This document shows positions 53,101-60,305 of a stretch of 64,000 bases of DNA, in pieces (within the stretch, counting starts at the first letter, position 1; each line of letters opens with the position of its first letter). The position numbers were made by a program, and so were the translations under genes. Source of the DNA: Verrucomicrobiia bacterium (GTDB taxonomy: Bacteria; Verrucomicrobiota; Verrucomicrobiia; Limisphaerales; UBA11358); NCBI GenBank assembly GCA_035577265.1, contig DATLVR010000095.1, forward strand, positions 819 to 64,818, written 5' to 3'. The notes below the pieces were generated by a model. That model was not told the DNA's origin. It saw nothing but the letters and a program-made list of their open reading frames with translations, and did not search any database.

Positions 53101-53853
53101 CGCGTCATTGGTCAGCCCGAGAAAATCCGCCGCGCCGATGAAAGTGCCCTGATTGTAAGTCGTCGGCACCTGACTCGACAGGCTGTCATAGACCTGGCCG
53201 TTGGCCGGGTTGAAAAAATTCGCTTTGCCCCAGGTATAAATATTGGTTGCCTTCGTCAGGTAAGCGGGATCACCCAGACACTGATAGAGCAGATAAGCTG
53301 CGATGGCTGCGGGAAAGTTAACGGCAGAATTCTTGGAATTGTTGGCGGTAGTCCAGAACATCCCCCCGATGGGTGGCACAACAGTTCCATTGGTGTCCCA
53401 ACCGCGTGCATAACACATATCGAAATTATTTTTGGCGATGTCCAGAAATGCAGGGTTACCGGTCTTGAGATATCCCCGGGCATACGCCATGCACGCCCAC
53501 ATGATGTCGTCGTTAAAGCTGTTCGAAGACCAGTTGGTGCCATTGTAACTTTTAAATCCGTTCAGCAGATTGGTGATCATCACCTGATACGTGGCGTTGG
53601 AAGTCCAATCGTGGGCGTCGATCACGCATTCGATCTCGTTGGCCAGCCACCAGAAATAGGTATAGTTCGCGTTGGCCTGATTCTCCCTGAAATAGCCGTT
53701 GGTGCCGCTGACCACATAAAACTTGTTGGTGTAGGCATTGACGATGGTCGCCACGTCGTTGCTGTAAAAGGCAGACGCCTTGAATCCGCACAGCAAAATC
53801 GTGAGACAAAGCAGCCGAATCCAAACTGACTTCAACTGAATCATTTTTGCCAT
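50167..53853 (-). CDS. Secreted GH76 alpha-1,6-mannanase head + ~860-aa PATR stalk + conserved C-terminal domain
   Basis: GH76 motifs: NSFNDDIMWACMAYARGYLKTGNPAFLDIAKNNF, GGMFWTTANNSKNSAVNFPAAIAAYLLYQ, YNQGTFIG. The stalk is collinear with that of 45395..50050. It ends GGVFFRLVFP. Confidence 0.85.
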   Translation of the reverse strand: MAKMIQLKSVWIRLLCLTILLCGFKASAFYSNDVATIVNAYTNKFYVVSGTNGYFRENQANANYTYFWWLANEIECVIDAHDWTSNATYQVMITNLLNGFKSYNGTNWSSNSFNDDIMWACMAYARGYLKTGNPAFLDIAKNNFDMCYARGWDTNGTVVPPIGGMFWTTANNSKNSAVNFPAAIAAYLLYQCLGDPAYLTKATNIYTWGKANFFNPANGQVYDSLSSQVPTTYNQGTFIGAADFLGLTNDAILAANYTKNNMGSSGFMPQYGIAQNNSIFNAICIRWLAKFMKHRGLESSYQVWLQNLANAAWNGRRASDNLSWCQWPQRTPEGTNFFSYDCISSFEAMIAVPPSQTVNPTTVTLSASDTGSSSFESGLNWSDGTAPSSAHDYVVNGLTLRTPPDGLHHYFAGSSLTLTNNGILACKNTSGGRGISVGTDLFLDNGEVADWANNSATFYGNVTLRAGGGKFDPQGNTFTISAFIGGPGFLKVKAANPIQSGGTLIFSGYNTYTGGTIIDAADTVRLSGTGSLGDTNGSLTFSNSAGNGYGSVDLNGLDLGVGNLSGIGGKIYNGNTNLSTLTIGNGDAAGGIFQGSIWNGTGGIELVKTGVGTISFARNTNYVNGGLIVSGGTLVVSNALLAISNQLAIASAGNVNSGTITATLDVSASTNFTANVNTIQLGISTNTSGGSPVILGTLKLGTNNTLNAASSIVFGDMGNTFNTTAQSVTTADNGSTTMLTPSLTLGGSKASATFTLGMGSTLNLGNNGNRTALNIAASSRGGSGNYTGNLDCSGGRLNAWLSKLALGQLANGGNGNETGLLTMGGNAANHLDLAGSGTVVTVGQYLSGSGSGQSVGVLTLSNLDSSSVVVSTDNGAAILLGGTAKSAGTLNLNGGTLTITTTGPGIAGGAGTSTVNLDGITLKAGAGSAGYITNVTTVNVNAGGVAFDTAGFNLVIPQVLANGGGGLRKSGAGKLTLSKANTYAGDTVIGVGTLALVEPGSIASSASIIISNAAVLDVTGRSDQTLTLNNGRSLRGGGTLLGELNALSGSTINPGDTIGTLAVETNITLGGTLVMEINRGNVPLNDKLVSISGSIGGGGTLTVNNLGGALQGGDVFYLFNQPVDGFTTVNLPALTGGNVWQNNVAMDGSIRVVSTNAAVIATGIGAGNQLTLAWPADHIGWRLEVQTNALATGLGANWVDMIGAAATNVMTMPINPANGGVFFRLVFP

Positions 53854-53870
53854 GGATAAACGGTTCGTTT

Positions 53871-55745
53871 TTATTTTTTCGCGGACATTGCCGGCACGAG
53901 CCAGGCAACATAGCCGCCATCCTTGCGCAAGGGCAGCGGCAGATGGTCCTTCTGCGTGACGATGCGCTCGGTGCGGATAAAGGCGTCGTTCCGTTCCGGA
54001 TCATCCGCCAGTTCGACCAAGCGGTAGCCACCGCTGCCGAGAAAACTCAACGCGACACTCTCGTGGCGTGGTGTGAGGTCGTTGATCACGCCGATAAACC
54101 ATTGGTCACGGCTTCGACGCGCGAAGGCGGCGACCTGCCCGATTTCACTGCCGTGCAGCACGCGGGTTTCGTCCCAATCCGAAGGCAGTGCCTTCAGGAC
54201 ATCCACCGCCATACTCTTGAGATAGTTGGTGGGATTGTCGCCCATGCAAAGATACGGAGAAGTGAAGACGATCGCCATGGCCAGTTCATGCGCAAAGGAA
54301 GAACCTTTCAAACGGTCGTGCATGAACAGTGTTGGCGTGAAGTCGGCAGGCCCTTGAACATAACGCAGAAATGGCAGCGTGATGTCGTGCAACGCCGGAC
54401 TCTTGCCCTGCTCGCGACCGGCGACTGCCTCCCGTGACATCTCGTTCGGCCACGTGCGTTCACGGCCGGTCGGTTTCACCGCCCCGTGAAAATCGATCAT
54501 GAGTTGGTTCGCCGCGGCATCGCGCAATACATCCTCATACCATTGCACCCACGTGGCACTGGCGGGCTCCGGAAAATCCACTTTCAATCCCACGATCCCC
54601 ATGGCCTTGGCGCGTTTGAAATACGCCTCCCGATCCGCCGGTTGGAGGACATATTTGGCATGCACCCACGCCCAGATGTCGACGTTCTGGCTTTTCGCAT
54701 AGGCGACAATTTCTTCCATCGCCTTCCACGCATTATCCCCGCCGCCGTTCCAATCGCGCCAGCCGTCATCGATGAGATAATATTCGTAGCCCATCTCCCG
54801 CGTGCGATCCACCCACCACTTCTGCTTGCCGAGTTCCGGCCCGCAATAGCAACTCAGCCAATGCCAGATCGAACGGCCAGGTTTGATCCACGCCGCATCG
54901 GCCAGTTCCGCCGGCGGCGGCGGGCAAAGATTTTTGATGAGGTCGCTGTTCACCATGGCATTCAAATCGGCGGCCAGCAGCGTCACGTGCCAGGGCGAAA
55001 TGATTTCACCTTCCTGGTCCCAGCCATCGGGGTCGTCGTGAAAAACGGCTTTGAATCCGTTGGGGCCGCTCGACGTCAGCGCCATGTCACTGTAATGAAT
55101 CAAATTCGCCTCAGTCATCAGACCGTAACCGGCATTGTCCGGAAACTTCAACGCGGCGGGTGCCATCAAATGCTGGTTCGTTCCCATCTGGCCGACGATG
55201 TTGGGCACAAAACGTGCCTCGTAAGAACGATTGTCCGCGCTTTGATGCCAGATGGTGGTGCCGGCGGGCAGCTGCCATTCTGAACTTTCGCCATTGATGT
55301 GGTGCCTGCCGGTTTCGGGCACGCGGTAGCGATAGGCGACCCCGTCGTCGTAAGCGCGCAGTTCCAGCTGCCATGATGTTCCCTGCGTGCCGCCAGTCAG
55401 CGGGATGATCGCGGAACAAAAGTGATTGATGGCGTTGGTATGAACACCCCGCGTAACGTAATGCTCGTTGATTTCCTTGGTCTCCGGTTTTCCGGCAAGT
55501 GCAACTTTCTGCCCCAGATCATTGCCGTCCACGGTCACGCCCATCTGTGAGGTTTTCACCACTACCGCATGATGAAACTCAACGGAGTAAGTCAGGCGCT
55601 CACCGGGCTGAACCTGCACCGACACGTGGCCGTCCGGACTTTTGACCGTCACCGCACCGGCGGCATGGCCGGTGACAGCCGCCAACACCCCGGCGGCGCA
55701 CAGGACCATCAAGTTTTTGGGAACGAAATTATTTGAAACGAACAT
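53871..55745 (-). CDS. Secreted GH97 glycosidase (single-domain architecture)
   Basis: The likely start is MFVSNNFVPKNLMVLCAAGVLAAVTGHAAG (55745). The ORF track extends to 55952, overlapping the GH125 gene. GH97 motifs: LELRAYDDGVAYRYRVP, YYLIDDGWRDW, MGIVGLKVDFPE, IDFHGAVKPTGRERTWPNEMSREAVAGRE. Confidence 0.85.
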   Translation of the reverse strand: MFVSNNFVPKNLMVLCAAGVLAAVTGHAAGAVTVKSPDGHVSVQVQPGERLTYSVEFHHAVVVKTSQMGVTVDGNDLGQKVALAGKPETKEINEHYVTRGVHTNAINHFCSAIIPLTGGTQGTSWQLELRAYDDGVAYRYRVPETGRHHINGESSEWQLPAGTTIWHQSADNRSYEARFVPNIVGQMGTNQHLMAPAALKFPDNAGYGLMTEANLIHYSDMALTSSGPNGFKAVFHDDPDGWDQEGEIISPWHVTLLAADLNAMVNSDLIKNLCPPPPAELADAAWIKPGRSIWHWLSCYCGPELGKQKWWVDRTREMGYEYYLIDDGWRDWNGGGDNAWKAMEEIVAYAKSQNVDIWAWVHAKYVLQPADREAYFKRAKAMGIVGLKVDFPEPASATWVQWYEDVLRDAAANQLMIDFHGAVKPTGRERTWPNEMSREAVAGREQGKSPALHDITLPFLRYVQGPADFTPTLFMHDRLKGSSFAHELAMAIVFTSPYLCMGDNPTNYLKSMAVDVLKALPSDWDETRVLHGSEIGQVAAFARRSRDQWFIGVINDLTPRHESVALSFLGSGGYRLVELADDPERNDAFIRTERIVTQKDHLPLPLRKDGGYVAWLVPAMSAKK

Positions 55746-55767
55746 GGTTGATTTTTCTTGAGCGGAG

Positions 55768-57189
55768 TTAATCCAGCAAGTGTGGTTGGGTATTGAATGT
55801 TTTCCAGACGAACTCACCGAAAATCGTGTTCGCCCAGGCAAACCATGAGCGCGTGAATTTACCTGGATTGTCCTTGTTGAACGCCTCGTGGATAAAACCC
55901 GTGCCGGCGTGCGTGTGCTGAAGCGTTTCAAGACATTGACGAATTTCCGCATCGTTTGTGGCGGTCAGCCCTTCCATGATCACGCCCAGCGGCCAGATCA
56001 TGTCCACGCCCACATGCGGCCCGCCGGGCCCGCTCGCCGCCTTGCCGACACAATAATACGGATTGTCCGCCGACAGCAGCAGCCGGCGCGTGTTCTGGTA
56101 GAGCGCATCGCTGTGCGTTGTCGCTCCCAGATACGGCAGCGACAGCAGGCTCGGAATGTTGCCGTCGTCCGTGCAATAGTAGTTGCCGTAGGCGTCCACC
56201 TCGAATGCATACACGCGGCCGGCCTTGGGATGATTGACGACCGCGTATTCGCGCAGCGCATTTTCCACTTCATCAGCCATGGCGCGGCATTGCTTCGCCA
56301 GATCGTGATCATTTTGAATCTGTTCAACCATCTCCGCCGCCTGGCGCAGGCTGACGACGGCAAAGAAATTTGATGGCACCAGGAACGGAAAAATGGTCGC
56401 GTCATCACTCGGCCGGAACATTGAAAAAATAAGCCCCACAGGCTTTGCGGGATTGCCATAGCCGTGTCCCGGAACGGTGTCTGTCTGAAATTCCGTCCGG
56501 CGCATGAAATGATACGGCCCCCTGCCCGTCTTGCGCTGCTGTTCACGAAAAGTTTGCAGCGTCAATTTGATGGCGTCATGCCACGCGGCGTCGAACGGCG
56601 CGGCGTCTCCGGAAAGTTTCCAGTATTGATGCGCCAGCCGGATCGGGTAGCAGAGGGAATCGATCTCCCATTTGCGCTCATGCACTCCCGGCTTCATGTC
56701 CGTCAGGTCATTTTTCCACTCGCCGACTTTGTGGTCATCCTTGTAAAACGCATTCGCATAGGGATCCTTCAGGATGCAGCGGGTTTGACGGTTGATGACG
56801 CCCGCGATCAACTGCTGCAACGGTGCGTCGTCCTTCATCAAGGACAGATACGGGTAAACTTGTGCCGAGCTGTCGCGCAGCCACATCGCGTCAATATCGC
56901 CGGTGATGACGTAGGTGTCCGGACGTCCGTCCACCACCGCAAAATCCACCGTGGTGTCCAGCGTGTTCGGGAAACAATTTCCGAACATCCACGCGAGTTC
57001 CTTGTTGCCGATGGTGGACTGCACCTGCGCAATCGCGCGCTCGACGGCGACACTCTTGAACTTGCGTTTCGCTTCCGGCGTGCGCACGACCGGAAAGCCG
57101 GGCGCCGGTTCAGCGGCCCAGTTCAAAGGCGTAAAAGTAAGCACCGAGGAGGCGATGGCGCTGTTAAGGATGAATTCTCTTCGGTTCAT
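55768..57189 (-). CDS. GH125 exo-alpha-1,6-mannosidase-like enzyme
   Basis: The likely start is MNRREFILNSAIASSVLTFTPLNWA (57189), a Tat-like RREF signal. The GH125 signature is YVITGDIDAMWLRDSSAQVYPYL; the protein is ~470 aa. Confidence 0.8.
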   Translation of the reverse strand: MNRREFILNSAIASSVLTFTPLNWAAEPAPGFPVVRTPEAKRKFKSVAVERAIAQVQSTIGNKELAWMFGNCFPNTLDTTVDFAVVDGRPDTYVITGDIDAMWLRDSSAQVYPYLSLMKDDAPLQQLIAGVINRQTRCILKDPYANAFYKDDHKVGEWKNDLTDMKPGVHERKWEIDSLCYPIRLAHQYWKLSGDAAPFDAAWHDAIKLTLQTFREQQRKTGRGPYHFMRRTEFQTDTVPGHGYGNPAKPVGLIFSMFRPSDDATIFPFLVPSNFFAVVSLRQAAEMVEQIQNDHDLAKQCRAMADEVENALREYAVVNHPKAGRVYAFEVDAYGNYYCTDDGNIPSLLSLPYLGATTHSDALYQNTRRLLLSADNPYYCVGKAASGPGGPHVGVDMIWPLGVIMEGLTATNDAEIRQCLETLQHTHAGTGFIHEAFNKDNPGKFTRSWFAWANTIFGEFVWKTFNTQPHLLD

Positions 57190-57835
57190 ATCGGAAGGAT
57201 CATGTGCGCGGTTCAACCCGTCCGTTTGCTGTCCGAGGCTGCGATCCCTGACGCAGCCGGGCAGGACAAGCCAACAAACCAATAACGATTCGACTCTGTA
57301 TATTCACAATTCGGCGATTTAGCTCTTCGGCCAGGCCAGGAATCAACGACATAAAATTTTACCGGCGGACGAACAATGCCGGTGCAAAATCAGCGTCGGG
57401 CTTGGATTCAGGTTCGGCCAACCTAGCATGATTAAGCTCCATTGCCCTCACTCAAATGGATGATTTTCAATGCAGGGTCCGGACTAACAGTTCACGTGGC
57501 CCGAAAAAGCTTCGTCACCTCAAGCCGCATGAGGTCGAAAATTCCGGTTCAAACATCAAAATAAAATAACCAGCGTATTGCCTTCACGGATACAACGAAG
57601 CATCAGAACGAAGTCGCTCCGGGTTCATCGGCAACCGGCTGGTAAAACAGAAATTGCTTGCCATTACGGTCGATTTAACTGATAAAAGGCCGCACTGTTT
57701 GGAAGTTTAAGACGAATCCCGTATCCAGGGGGGTGGGATTTTGCATGAATCAGGTGGCAGTGGTGGAGTCTGAAAATAATGACAATGGCAAAGACAGAAG
57801 CTTTGCCAATTGCAGTAATCAGGTTGTGTTTCCCT
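57190..57835. promoter_or_regulatory. Divergent intergenic control region between the minus-strand CAZyme array and the plus-strand three-gene operon
   Basis: This is a ~650-bp lower-GC non-coding gap flanked by divergently oriented start codons. I could not assign specific promoter boxes. Confidence 0.4.
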
Positions 57836-58843
57836 ATGAACTATCAAAAAATCACGCCTTCATTGAAGGTGTTGGGCCTGTTCTTTTTTACCATTCTTAC
57901 GTTTGTTTCCTTGCAGGCGGACACGATCCGAACCCAAACCATCGCCCTGCATAAAGGCTGGAATTCCATTTATCTGGAGGTCACGCCAACGAACCCCAGC
58001 CCGGCTCTGGTTTTTTCCAATACGCCGGTGTCCATTGCCGCGGTTTATTTTGGCGGTGACTCACCGGTGCAGTTCATCCAGAACCCGGGCAGCATTTCCT
58101 GGAAGAAGGACGGCTGGGCGGTGTGGTATGCCCCGTCCCGCCCGGACGGATTTCTCACCACCCTGTTCACCCTCAATGGCAACCGGGCCTACCTGATTTT
58201 TTCCGAACAGGATTTTACCTGGAGCATCAGCGGAAATGTGAGCCTGGGGTCGGTGAAATGGCGGCCGAACTCCTACAATCTTGCCGGGTTCGGCGTGGAT
58301 GCGATGGCGCCGCCGACGTTTGGAAAATTTTTCGCCGGTTCACCGGTGCATCAGCCGGGGCAGATCTACCGCCTGGTGAACAATCAATGGACGTTGATCG
58401 CCAGCCCGTCCACCACGACCATGCGGTCGGGTGAAGCGTGCTGGATTTATTGCAAAGGAGCTTCGGATTATCAGGGACCGCTCACCGTCAAGCTTGCCAC
58501 CGCCGACAGCGTCTCTTTTGGGAGCTCTGCTGAATCACCCATTTCGCTTGAGAATTGCACGGCCGATCCATTGACCGTCAAGGTGGAAACGGTCGCGAAT
58601 GCCGGTGGCATTCCGCTCGGCTATGTCGTGCGTGGCATAACGGAGGGCAAGATGGTGGATGCCACTTTTGACCTGCCGGCGCAATATGCCCCGCCGACGC
58701 TGGAAGCCGGGCAGACCAGCTGGCTCTGGCTCAAATTGCGCCGCGAGAAAATGAGCGCTCCCGCGCAGGGCGCGCTGCTGAAAATTTCCACTGATTCCGG
58801 CGCCGAAACCTGGGTGCCGGTCACCGGCACACTCACCCCTTGA
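57836..58843 (+). CDS. Secreted hypothetical protein (beta-rich, no recognised domain)
   Basis: The likely start is MNYQKITPSLKVLGLFFFTILTFVSLQA, a signal peptide; the ORF track starts at 57779. The mature part begins DTIRTQTIALHKGWNSIYLEV. It lies 18 nt upstream of the next gene. Confidence 0.6.
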   Translation: MNYQKITPSLKVLGLFFFTILTFVSLQADTIRTQTIALHKGWNSIYLEVTPTNPSPALVFSNTPVSIAAVYFGGDSPVQFIQNPGSISWKKDGWAVWYAPSRPDGFLTTLFTLNGNRAYLIFSEQDFTWSISGNVSLGSVKWRPNSYNLAGFGVDAMAPPTFGKFFAGSPVHQPGQIYRLVNNQWTLIASPSTTTMRSGEACWIYCKGASDYQGPLTVKLATADSVSFGSSAESPISLENCTADPLTVKVETVANAGGIPLGYVVRGITEGKMVDATFDLPAQYAPPTLEAGQTSWLWLKLRREKMSAPAQGALLKISTDSGAETWVPVTGTLTP

Positions 58844-58861
58844 CCCGTTTTACCACACCTC

Positions 58862-60286
58862 ATGATGCGAAATCATTTCCTGCTCGTCACGAGCTGCGCG
58901 GCGCTCGTGTTCCTGGCCGCCAAAACTTTTGCGGACGGCTCGTCCACGGCCGGGCTTTGGGTCGGTGAAGTCACGCTTACCAAGGTCAACGAAACGGTCG
59001 TTGGCATCAACGCCGCAAACCAGGTGGTCGCCCCGGACCCGGCGGTCGCCACGCCGGTGCAATCGCCCGCGCATCTGCGCATCCTGCTGCACGTGGACGC
59101 CCTGGGCCAGGTGCGCCTGCTCAAGAATGTCGCGGCGGTGGACAAGTCCACCAACAGCACGCCCGCGCTCGTGTTGATCACCGATGAATCGCTGTATCCG
59201 AATTATCCCGGCACCGGCCGGCGGTTCACGGCGGCGGCGTTTGATTTTGGCGACAGCAATGCCAACGAGCTGCTGAACCTCATCGCCATCACGGCCGCGA
59301 ATGCCGCGGCGACCAACGGCAATGCCACCAATGCCGCCAACGCGGTGGCGGCCAGGGCGAATGCGGAGGGGATTTATCAATCATTTGTGACCGGCGCGGG
59401 TTTCCGCAACGCCGCATTGAACGCCGCGCTTTCCGCGAAGCTCGGCGCGTTGCAGGCCAAGGGGACGAATGGCAACGCCACGCAGGTGCTGGCCGCCGCC
59501 ACCGGTGCCGCCAATGGTAATTTTTACGTCATGACCAATCGCGCCTATGCGCAGTCGCTCACCGCCGCCGCACTGATTGCGGACGCACGTTTCGTGACGG
59601 CAGTGGATGCGATTGCCAGCGGGGCGGCGGGCGGAGCCGCAACGGCGGCCAGCTCCAATCTTACGGCGACAGTGGTCGGCGCCAGCGCCACGAACGCTGC
59701 GCTGGCGGCGCTAACCAACGTCATCAACGCGCCCGCCATCGTTTCACCGGGCTATCAGACTTTCATCACCACGGCGGATTTCCAATCTGCCGCCGGTGTG
59801 GCGGCGGCGGCGGCGGCGGCGGCGGCCAAACAGGCCCGTGATGCCGGCGCGTTGCCGGCGCTGGTGCAGAACCGGGCGCAGGCGGCGGCGTTGAAAGCCT
59901 TGACCGATGCGGGCATTTTCAAAACGGCGGACAAAGTGGTGAACAATGAGTTATTGCTCACCGGTTCGCTGGGAGCAGGTGGTTCGCTGGCGGGAACCAT
60001 TTACCTCGGCGCGAACCATCCCACGAATCCATTCATGCACCGCCGGCACACGGATCATTCGACGGGCTACAGCATCACCCGGAACCTCAACATCCAGTTC
60101 GATGCCGCCACCAGCACAAACGGACTGGCGCTGGCGGGCTTCGGGGTTGAACGGCTGACGGGGACGTATCACGAGGAGATTTTCGGCCTGCACAAACCGC
60201 TCGGCCCGGACCAGGACAAGGGGCTGATCACCGAGGGAGTGATTTTGCTCAACCGGATCAGCCAGGTAGACACCTTGAATCAGTGA
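58862..60286 (+). CDS. Secreted hypothetical protein with beta-rich termini flanking a ~250-aa Ala/Asn-rich low-complexity core
   Basis: Signal peptide MMRNHFLLVTSCAALVFLAAKTFA. N-terminal block GLWVGEVTLTKVNE...HLRILLHVDALGQVRLLKNV. The core contains a 13-residue Ala/Val tract around an A9 run. C-terminal block GANHPTNPFMHRRHTDHSTGYSITRNLNIQFD. Confidence 0.6.
   Translation: MMRNHFLLVTSCAALVFLAAKTFADGSSTAGLWVGEVTLTKVNETVVGINAANQVVAPDPAVATPVQSPAHLRILLHVDALGQVRLLKNVAAVDKSTNSTPALVLITDESLYPNYPGTGRRFTAAAFDFGDSNANELLNLIAITAANAAATNGNATNAANAVAARANAEGIYQSFVTGAGFRNAALNAALSAKLGALQAKGTNGNATQVLAAATGAANGNFYVMTNRAYAQSLTAAALIADARFVTAVDAIASGAAGGAATAASSNLTATVVGASATNAALAALTNVINAPAIVSPGYQTFITTADFQSAAGVAAAAAAAAAKQARDAGALPALVQNRAQAAALKALTDAGIFKTADKVVNNELLLTGSLGAGGSLAGTIYLGANHPTNPFMHRRHTDHSTGYSITRNLNIQFDAATSTNGLALAGFGVERLTGTYHEEIFGLHKPLGPDQDKGLITEGVILLNRISQVDTLNQ
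59801..59824 (+). repeat. (GCG)8 perfect trinucleotide microsatellite, in frame (poly-Ala)
   Basis: Read directly: GCG repeated 8 times at 59801-59824, followed by GCC. This encodes the A9 run. Confidence 0.9.
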
Positions 60287-60305
60287 TTTCTCAAAAACTT
60301 TTGCC

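Noticed and set aside
27393-53853. Calling the PATR-repeat giants classical autotransporters (type V secretion)
   Set aside because: None ends in a beta-barrel translocator domain. All end in a short ~70-aa soluble-looking domain, so only the passenger-type repeat is shared.
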